A stretch of 64,000 nt of DNA from Corallococcus coralloides DSM 2259 (GTDB lineage: Bacteria; Myxococcota; Myxococcia; Myxococcales; Myxococcaceae). How positions within the stretch are numbered: position 1 is the stretch's first letter; the number at the start of each line of letters is the position of its first letter. The notes under the pieces were generated by a model, which was given only the letters and a program-made list of their open reading frames with translations, was not told where the DNA came from and made no database searches. The translations under genes were made by a program, and so were the position numbers. The stretch covers positions 5,974,328 to 6,038,327 of the forward strand of contig NC_017030.1 in assembly GCF_000255295.1 (NCBI RefSeq), given 5' to 3'. Positions 57,506 through 64,000 of this stretch are shown here, in pieces.

Positions 57506-58480
57506 GTGCCCGCCATGGCCGAGTGCCCCGTGGGAGCGCCCTCCTCCCCTTCCCCTCCTCCCGAGCCGCCCTCCGACGTCGCGCGAACCGTGGCGCTGGA
57601 GCCCGCGGATCCCATCAGCGTGCTCAACCAGGCGTTCCGCGACGCGTACGCCGCGCGCCGCGAGGCCGTGCTGTCCCGCATGGGGCCCGTCATCGCGCAG
57701 ATCGACGACGTGCTCATCCTGCGCATGCGCGGCCAGCGCTTCGAGGCGCCCGCGCGCACGCGCCGCTACCACGAGTACAAGTCCATCACCCACGTGCCGC
57801 TCGCGCTCCACATCCTGCTCGCCAGCAAGGACGCGCTCGATGAGGAGACGCGCACGCGGCTCACCACCTTGCGCGGCCTCATCACCGCATCGCGCGGGAG
57901 CCTGGAGGGCCGGGGCCTTCCGGCCGAAGCCCTGGCGCGGCAGCACCGCCTGCTCGACGCGTCGCTCGCGCTCGTGGACGGCGTGCTGGCGGCGGACCGG
58001 GTGACGCAGGCGGAGCTCTCCGCGTTCATCCACGCCCGGGTGCCGGACCTGCTGAAGAACGCCGAGGACGCGGCGAGGGATCAGATCGACACCATGCATG
58101 CCTCGGTCGAGGCGTGGAAACGCCAGATGACCGCGGACGAGCGCGGCCAGCTGCGCGCCGTGGTGGCCGCGTCGCACATGTCGCGGCCCGGCAACGTGGC
58201 CGCGCAGTACTTCTCCATCACCCTGGGCGACACGTGGGAGGGGCGCTTCCACGAGGAGGACCAACAGCCCGGCAAGCGCGTGCTCTCCTCGGAGGCGACG
58301 TTCGACGAGCCGTCGGCGTTCGCGTTGCTGGCCACGCACGTGCTGGACGCGAACACGTCGCGCGGCATCTTCGGCGAGGAGACGCGCATGGCGAGGGACC
58401 TGCTCGCGGACGCGGCCGAGCGCATCCTCGCGGGCATGTTCCAGACGTCGCCCCAGCCGCCCGGCACGAGCGCGCCGTAG
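57506..58480 (+). CDS. Hypothetical protein (324 aa), helical
   Basis: It is an intact ORF with a Pro-rich N-terminus. No motif was found. Confidence 0.45.
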   Translation: MPAMAECPVGAPSSPSPPPEPPSDVARTVALEPADPISVLNQAFRDAYAARREAVLSRMGPVIAQIDDVLILRMRGQRFEAPARTRRYHEYKSITHVPLALHILLASKDALDEETRTRLTTLRGLITASRGSLEGRGLPAEALARQHRLLDASLALVDGVLAADRVTQAELSAFIHARVPDLLKNAEDAARDQIDTMHASVEAWKRQMTADERGQLRAVVAASHMSRPGNVAAQYFSITLGDTWEGRFHEEDQQPGKRVLSSEATFDEPSAFALLATHVLDANTSRGIFGEETRMARDLLADAAERILAGMFQTSPQPPGTSAP

Positions 58481-58486
58481 CGGCTT

Positions 58487-60181
58487 TCAGGGGCGCGTGA
58501 GCGGCAGCTCCACCATGAACGTCGCGCCCTCGCCCAGACAGCTGTCCAGGGACACGCGCCCGCCCTCGGCCTCCACGATGGTGCGGGTGAGGTAGAGCCC
58601 CAGGCCCAGGCCGCCATAGTGGCGCTCGGACACCGCGCGGCCGTAGCGCTCGAAGAGGCGGGGCCGCTGCTCCGGCGAGATGCCGATGCCCCCGTCGCGC
58701 ACCGTGAGCCGCGCCACGGACCCGTCCGCCACGAGCCGCACGGACACCGGCGTCCCGGCGCCGTACTTGAGGGCGTTGTCCAGCAGGTGATCCAACACCT
58801 GCGCCAGCCGTGCCCGGTCGAAGCACCCGCGCACCACCCCCGGGGCCTCCACCTGGAACTCGCAGTGCTCCAGGGCGAACCGGGGCGCGAACGTCGTGGC
58901 CACCTCGCGCACCACCTCCGCGACGTCTACCTCCTCGCGCTGCAGGCGGAAGGTGCCGGCGCTGATGCGCGACACGTCCAGCAGGTCGTTCATCAGCTCC
59001 GTGAGCCGGCGGACCTGGCGGTGCCCCGTCTCCACGTGGGCCTCGATGACCGGGGCCAGTGGCGAGTCCGGATGAGACTTCACCGCGCGCGACAGCGCCT
59101 GGAGCTTCAGGCTCAGCGGCGTCAGCGGCGTCTTCAGCTCGTGGCTCGCGACGGAGAGGAACTCGTCGCGCAGGCGGATGGCGTCGCGCGCGCCCTGGAG
59201 CAGCCGCGCGTTGTCCACCGCGAGCGCGGCCACGTTCGCCAGCTCCTGGGCGAACCGCAGGTCCTCGTCGCGATACCGGCGGCTGGAGGTGGTGACCAGG
59301 AAGGTCAGCGCGCCCAGGATGTGGCCCCGGGCCATGAGCGGCACGGTGAGCAGCGAACGGATGCCCACCCGGCGCATCGTCTCCAGGTGCTGCGCGTCCT
59401 GCGCCACGGCCTGCATCTCCGCGTCCGTGACCTCCGGCACCAGGGTGGACCGGCCGGTCGCCAGCGCCACCGCGGGCGGATAGACGGGCCGCTCCTGGGG
59501 CACCGGCCTCAGCCGCTGCACGGTGGCCGCGAGCGGCGCATGCGAGGGATCCGCGGCCACCACCTGGACGCGCTCGAAGTGGCCATCCGGGTGCAGCATG
59601 TCCACGATGCACCAGTCCGCGAGCGCCGACACCGACAGGTTCGCCAGCGACGCCAGCGTGGCGGAGGCGTCCAGCGACGACGCGAACAGCTCGCTGGCCC
59701 GCGCCAGGAACTCGGCGCGCTCCTCGCCCAGGGCCTGCGCCTGGATGTCCACGCAGGTGCCCACCCACTCGCGCACGGAGCCGTCCGGCCCCAGCACCGG
59801 CATGCCGCGCGCGAGCATCCACACGTACGTGCCATCCACGCGGCGCAGCCGGTAGCGCGTGGCGAAGAGCTGCGTCCCCGCCTTGGCCCGCTGCCACGCC
59901 GCCAGGGCCCCGGCCCGGTCATCCGGGTGCAGGGCGAGGAGCCACCCCTGGTTGCGCATCTGCTCCGCCGTCTGGCCGGTGAAGGCCGTCCACGACGCAG
60001 AGACGGGCGTCAGCGCGTCCCTGGCGGGGTTCGTCGACCAGGTGACCTGCGCCGCGGTCTCCAGCAACCGGTGGAGCCGCTCGGTCTCCTGGCGCAGCCG
60101 GGCCACCTCCTCGCGCAAGGCGCCCTCGGCATCGGCGGGAGGCGTGGAGACGCGGCTCGGGTCCAGGAGGGGGGACGTCAT
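58487..60181 (-). CDS. PAS/GAF-containing sensor histidine kinase (orphan, cytoplasmic)
   Basis: The H-box is ASHELKTPL. HATPase_c motifs are DNALKYG and GGLGLGL. There is no transmembrane segment and no adjacent response regulator. Confidence 0.85.
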   Translation of the reverse strand: MTSPLLDPSRVSTPPADAEGALREEVARLRQETERLHRLLETAAQVTWSTNPARDALTPVSASWTAFTGQTAEQMRNQGWLLALHPDDRAGALAAWQRAKAGTQLFATRYRLRRVDGTYVWMLARGMPVLGPDGSVREWVGTCVDIQAQALGEERAEFLARASELFASSLDASATLASLANLSVSALADWCIVDMLHPDGHFERVQVVAADPSHAPLAATVQRLRPVPQERPVYPPAVALATGRSTLVPEVTDAEMQAVAQDAQHLETMRRVGIRSLLTVPLMARGHILGALTFLVTTSSRRYRDEDLRFAQELANVAALAVDNARLLQGARDAIRLRDEFLSVASHELKTPLTPLSLKLQALSRAVKSHPDSPLAPVIEAHVETGHRQVRRLTELMNDLLDVSRISAGTFRLQREEVDVAEVVREVATTFAPRFALEHCEFQVEAPGVVRGCFDRARLAQVLDHLLDNALKYGAGTPVSVRLVADGSVARLTVRDGGIGISPEQRPRLFERYGRAVSERHYGGLGLGLYLTRTIVEAEGGRVSLDSCLGEGATFMVELPLTRP

Positions 60182-60190
60182 CGCGGTGCC

Positions 60191-61207
60191 TCAGTACACG
60201 TTGTACTTGGCTCGAAGCGCTTCGTGCTCCTGCGCGTTGCGCGACGGGTGGAGGACCTTCTGCGCGTCGTGCAGGTAGTACCAGTAGTCACTCTTCACGG
60301 GCCGCAGCGCCGCGAGCAGCGAGTCCACCGTGGGCGCGCCAATGGGGCCCGGCGGCAGGCCCGCGCGGGTGCGCGAGTTCCACGGATCCGAGTTGTCCCG
60401 CAGCCGCTTGAGGAACGCCTTGCGGTCGTTCCACTCGGCCAGCTCGTAGCGGCTGGTGGCGTCCACGCCCAGCGGGAAGCCCTTGTCCACGCGCTTCCAG
60501 AGGATGCCCGCGACGAGCGCGCGCTGGGAGGGCACCGGCTCCTCGCGCTCCAGCATGGAGGCCATCACGACGATGTCGTGCAGCGACCGGCCGCTCTTGG
60601 CGATCTCGTCCTTGTGCGCGTCGTAGAAGCGGGCGCGGAAGGTGTCGATCTGCCGCTGGATGAACGCCTCCACCTTGAAGTTGTCCGCGATGATCCCGTA
60701 CGTCTCCGGGTAGAGGTAGCCCTCCAGGCTGCGCGTGGGCAGCGGGAACGGCGCGGCGAAGTTGCTCGTGCGGCTGGCCGCGGCGATGTACTCGCCCGGC
60801 TTGATGAGGCCCTGGGCGGCGAGCACCTGGTCGGTGTCGCGCAGGCGCCAGCCTTCAATCATCGCGAAGGGCACGTCCTCCGGCAGCGGCTGGCCTTCCA
60901 GGGCGGTGGCCAATTCCGCGACGGAGGCGGTGGGGCTGAGCATGAAGCGGCCCGCCTTCACGTTGAGGCTGCCCCTGCGCCACAGGTGGAAGCGCCAGAC
61001 GTTGGGGTCGTCCAGGAAGCCCTGGGCCTGGAGCTGCTGGCCCAGCGAGCGCGCGGACGCGCCCTTCTTCACCACGAACTCCCTGGGAGCCGGATCCGCC
61101 GCCGTGTGCGGCGCGGTGGTGGCGTTCTGGAAGTGCATGAACACGCCGCCTGCACCCGCGACCGCCAGGACGATGAGCACGACGAGCGCGACCAGGATCT
61201 TCTTCAT
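60191..61207 (-). CDS. mltG: Endolytic murein transglycosylase MltG (YceG-like)
   Basis: It has an N-terminal transmembrane anchor (MKKILVALVVLIVLAVAGAG). The YceG domain motifs are LEGYLYPETY and MASMLEREE. Confidence 0.85.
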   Translation of the reverse strand: MKKILVALVVLIVLAVAGAGGVFMHFQNATTAPHTAADPAPREFVVKKGASARSLGQQLQAQGFLDDPNVWRFHLWRRGSLNVKAGRFMLSPTASVAELATALEGQPLPEDVPFAMIEGWRLRDTDQVLAAQGLIKPGEYIAAASRTSNFAAPFPLPTRSLEGYLYPETYGIIADNFKVEAFIQRQIDTFRARFYDAHKDEIAKSGRSLHDIVVMASMLEREEPVPSQRALVAGILWKRVDKGFPLGVDATSRYELAEWNDRKAFLKRLRDNSDPWNSRTRAGLPPGPIGAPTVDSLLAALRPVKSDYWYYLHDAQKVLHPSRNAQEHEALRAKYNVY

Positions 61208-61342
61208 ATGGGGCGCCAACCTATCAAAGGCCCTGACGCTTCCAACGAGATCCACCGTGCGCCCGGCCGGGCAGGCGGACGCAAGCGCCCCCTTCTCAAC
61301 ACCCAGCGATGGAGGCGCCCCTTCCCCCGCGCCTCGTCTAGG

Positions 61343-62257
61343 ATGACGGCCTTGTTCGTCGACCCCCGCCGGCTCGAAACCTTCCGCGTCGTCGCATCGA
61401 CCGGGCAGATCTCCGCCGCCTCCCGCCTGCTGCACCTGTCGCAGCCCGCCGTCACCGCGCAGGTCCGGCAACTGGAGGCGGACTGCGGCCAACCCCTGCT
61501 CGTGCGCACCGCACGCGGGGTGCGGCTGAACGCGGCGGGGCGAGTGCTCTTCGACTACGCCCAACGCATCCATGGCCTGCTGGACGAGGCGGCGCTCGCC
61601 ATCGCGGCCGAGGAGACCCTCACCGGCGAGTTGGTGCTGGCGGCGAGCACCACCGTCGCCAATGCCATCGTGCCGGGCCTGCTGGCGTCCTTCCTGCGCA
61701 CGCACCGCGAGCTCCAGGTCCGTCTGGAAGTGGGCAATACACGCGAGGTGCTGACGTGGTTGTCGGAGGGCCGGGTACCGCTGGGGCTGGTGGAGGGCCA
61801 CGCGCGGGCGCCCGGCATCCGGCTGGAGCGCTACCTGGATGACGAGCTGGTGCCGGTGGTCTCGTCACAGGGACCGGCGGAGTGGTCGCGCGTCCGCACC
61901 ATGGACGCGCTGCGGGAGGTGCCACTGCTGTGGCGCGAGCAGGGCTCCGGCACGCGCGCCGTGCTGGACCGGGCGCTGCGCAAGGCGGGCGTGCGCAAGG
62001 GCCCCCAACGCGGAGACCTCCAGCTGGGCAGCACCGAGGCCATCAAACGGGCCGTGTCCCTGGGCCTGGGCGTGGCGCTGTTGTCCCGCTGGAGCATCGA
62101 CGGCGAGCTGTCCCTCGGCCGGTTCCAGGTGCTGCCCGTGCCGGGGCTGCGCATCCCGCGAGCGTTCTCCTGGGCCCTGCCCGTGGCCGAGCCATCCGGA
62201 GCCGCGGGCCGCTTCCTGCGCCATGCCCGCGCCACGCCCCCGGTGCTGCTGCCCTGA
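61343..62257 (+). CDS. LysR-family transcriptional regulator
   Basis: The N-terminal HTH reads LETFRVVASTGQISAASRLLHLSQPAVTAQVRQLE. A LysR substrate-binding domain follows. Confidence 0.9.
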   Translation: MTALFVDPRRLETFRVVASTGQISAASRLLHLSQPAVTAQVRQLEADCGQPLLVRTARGVRLNAAGRVLFDYAQRIHGLLDEAALAIAAEETLTGELVLAASTTVANAIVPGLLASFLRTHRELQVRLEVGNTREVLTWLSEGRVPLGLVEGHARAPGIRLERYLDDELVPVVSSQGPAEWSRVRTMDALREVPLLWREQGSGTRAVLDRALRKAGVRKGPQRGDLQLGSTEAIKRAVSLGLGVALLSRWSIDGELSLGRFQVLPVPGLRIPRAFSWALPVAEPSGAAGRFLRHARATPPVLLP

Positions 62258-62376
62258 GCCCAAGGCTCACGCAGCCTGGCCGCGCCATGCCCGTGCCTTC
62301 GCCGCATGGCCCAAGTCGCGCCCTGCCCGCGCCACGCCCCCGGTGCTGCTGCCTTGAGCCCGCGGCTCACGCAGCC
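62221..62376. repeat. Approximately 100-bp tandem duplication (about 1.5 copies) spanning the 3' ends of the convergent LysR and YeiH genes. It contains a 52-bp direct repeat (62225..62276 and 62325..62376) that is about 92% identical.
   Basis: Direct comparison shows gcccgcgccacgcccccggtgctgctgcc(c/t)tgagcc(caag/cgcg)gctcacgcagcc twice. Each copy contains an in-frame stop codon. Confidence 0.7.
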
Positions 62377-63347
62377 CACCCCAGCCGCAGCGCACCCAGG
62401 CACAGGCCCGCCATGAGCAGCCACAGCGCCACCGCCTGCGCGAGCGGACGAAGGCCCACGGCCCGCAGCGTTTCGCGCGTCAGCCCCGCCCCCAGCAGGA
62501 ACAGCGTCACCACGAGCAACTGCCGGGCGACGGCCGCCACGCCCTGTCCCACTGGCGCGAGCACGGGGAACAGCGTCACGACCGCCGCCGCGCCGAGGAA
62601 CCCGGCGATGAACCACGGCCGGCGCACCCGCCCCGTCACCGCGTGGCCCTCGCTCCGCCGCCACGCGGCCAGGCCCACCGTCAGAGGGAGGATCCACAGG
62701 GCACGCGCCAGCTTCACGGGCGTGGCCACCGCCAGGGCCTCGGGGCCGTAGCGCAGCGCCGCGCCCACCACGGAGCTGGTGTCGTGGATGGCCATCGCGC
62801 ACCACAGGCCGAACTGGTGCGGCGTCAGCCCCACCGCGTGGCCCACGACAGGGAAGACGAACAGCGCCACCGCGTTGAGCAGGAACACCGTGCCCAGGGC
62901 CACGGACGTCTCATGCGCCTGGGGCCGCAGCACCGGCACCACCGCCGCGATGGCGCTCCCGCCGCAGATGGCCGTGCCCACGCTGATGAGCAGGCCCGTC
63001 ACGCGGGGCACGCCCAGCAGCCGGGCGAGCCCCACGCCCAGCGTCAGGCACAGCGCGATGCCCACCACCGTGTAGCCCAGCCCCTCACGTCCTGCCGCGA
63101 GCACCGTGCGCAGGTCCATGCCCGCGCCCAGCCCCACCACCGCCAGGGACAACAGCCGGGGCGTCAGCGCCCGCGTCGTCCCGGCGAAGGGATTGCCCGC
63201 GGTCAGGGCCACGCACAGCCCCGCGAGCAGGGCCACGCCGGTGGAGACGAAAGGAAGCAGACAGAGCGCCGCGCCAAGCGGCATCAGGACGTGCCCGGCC
63301 GTCCAGGGCCGGGGACGGACAACGGGAAGCGGCGGAGGCGTTTCCAT
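62367..63347 (-). CDS. YeiH/UPF0324-family putative sulfate exporter membrane protein
   Basis: It has 9 to 10 transmembrane segments and conserved Gly-rich TM motifs (GTAICGGSAIAAV). Confidence 0.75.
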   Translation of the reverse strand: METPPPLPVVRPRPWTAGHVLMPLGAALCLLPFVSTGVALLAGLCVALTAGNPFAGTTRALTPRLLSLAVVGLGAGMDLRTVLAAGREGLGYTVVGIALCLTLGVGLARLLGVPRVTGLLISVGTAICGGSAIAAVVPVLRPQAHETSVALGTVFLLNAVALFVFPVVGHAVGLTPHQFGLWCAMAIHDTSSVVGAALRYGPEALAVATPVKLARALWILPLTVGLAAWRRSEGHAVTGRVRRPWFIAGFLGAAAVVTLFPVLAPVGQGVAAVARQLLVVTLFLLGAGLTRETLRAVGLRPLAQAVALWLLMAGLCLGALRLGWAA

Positions 63348-63404
63348 GCGCCAGGAGATGCGCCTGACAGCCTCCGGGCACCAGATGTCAGAAGCGATAA
63401 GCCA

Positions 63405-64000
63405 TCAGCTTTCTGGATGGCTCGTGAGGATGTGCAGGGACAGCTCGTTGGGGGTGAGGACTTCACAGCCGTCGCGGGTGACGAGCACGGTGTGTTCGAA
63501 CTGGGCGGACAGGCTGCCGTCCGCGGTCACGACGGTCCACCCATCCGGCATCATCCGGATGTCCGGGCGCCCCAGGTTGATCATGGGCTCGATGGTGATG
63601 ACCATCCCGGATTTCAGCGTGATGCCCGTGCCCGCCCTGGCCACGTGCGGCACGTGCGGCTCCCCGTGCATCTGCCTGCCGATGCCGTGGCCGCCGAACT
63701 CCTCCACCACGCTGCACCCCTCCGCCTTCGCCAGCGCCATCACCGCCGCGCCAATGTCCCCCAGCCGCGCGCCGTGCCGCACCACGGACACCCCCACGTC
63801 CCGGCAGCGCCGCGCCACGTCCACCACGTGCTTCGCGTCCGCGGAGACCTCGCCAATCATGAACGTGGCGGACGTGTCGCCGTGGAAGCCGTCCAGGTGC
63901 GTCGTCACGTCCACGTTGACGATGTCGCCGGGGTTCAGCACTTCATCCGTGCGCGGGATGCCATGGCACACCACGTGGTTGCGGCTGGTGCACACCGTGG
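63405..64000 (-). CDS. map: Methionine aminopeptidase type I (partial; the N-terminus lies beyond the window end)
   Basis: Metal-ligand motifs are present: DIVNVDVT, HLDGFHGD, HGIGRQMHE-like and EPM. Confidence 0.9.
   Translation of the reverse strand, partial: TVCTSRNHVVCHGIPRTDEVLNPGDIVNVDVTTHLDGFHGDTSATFMIGEVSADAKHVVDVARRCRDVGVSVVRHGARLGDIGAAVMALAKAEGCSVVEEFGGHGIGRQMHGEPHVPHVARAGTGITLKSGMVITIEPMINLGRPDIRMMPDGWTVVTADGSLSAQFEHTVLVTRDGCEVLTPNELSLHILTSHPES

Noticed and set aside
1-64000. A search for CRISPR arrays, tRNA/rRNA genes, and IS elements, integrases or prophage genes
   Set aside because: I found no regularly spaced short direct repeats, and no cloverleaf-like conserved tRNA motifs in the few intergenic gaps of at least 200 bp (8369..8651, 9579..9834, 14048..14365, 16776..16979, 21312..21531, 42623..42959, 54812..55006). 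I found no transposase- or recombinase-like ORFs. GC content appears uniform, so I see no evidence of a horizontally acquired island.

Overview
This is a high-GC (about 70%) chromosomal segment. The composition, the eukaryotic-like Ser/Thr kinase, the many lipoproteins, the CotH, M6 and M28 peptidases, and the lipid-desaturase content point to Myxococcales (Myxococcus/Corallococcus-like). I can support about 48 protein-coding genes. I found no rRNA or tRNA genes, no CRISPR array, and no transposase, integrase or phage genes. Codon and GC usage is uniform, so this reads as core chromosome with some accessory signalling and lipid content.

The gene content includes:
- Housekeeping: ppc, a 2-oxoacid dehydrogenase E1 alpha/beta pair, a DUF47/PiT phosphate transporter pair, mltG, map, an Slt-type lytic transglycosylase, a LysR/YeiH pair and menA.
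- A c-type cytochrome cluster: a membrane-anchored tri-heme cytochrome c, a lipoprotein and a 643-aa multiheme cytochrome lipoprotein.
- Three membrane desaturase-like genes, plus a MaoC dehydratase, a B12-radical SAM enzyme and a heme-oxygenase-like (HDO/TenA/PqqC-fold) protein.
- A 1433-aa protein with tandem class III nucleotidyl cyclase domains fused to an AAA+ ATPase and TPR repeats, co-directional with a LOG-family protein and a small membrane protein.
- A 12-kb minus-strand signalling locus running from a PP2C phosphatase (periplasmic sensor plus HAMP), through a TPR protein, a PhnD-like binding protein, a TonB-dependent receptor and a hypothetical protein, to a Hanks-type Ser/Thr kinase whose N-terminus carries two STAS domains each followed by a zinc ribbon.

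The Hanks-type kinase with fused STAS domains, paired with an RsbU-type PP2C phosphatase, is the most novel-looking architecture in the window. The very long ORFs on the opposite strand of real genes (up to 1602 aa) are high-GC artefacts.
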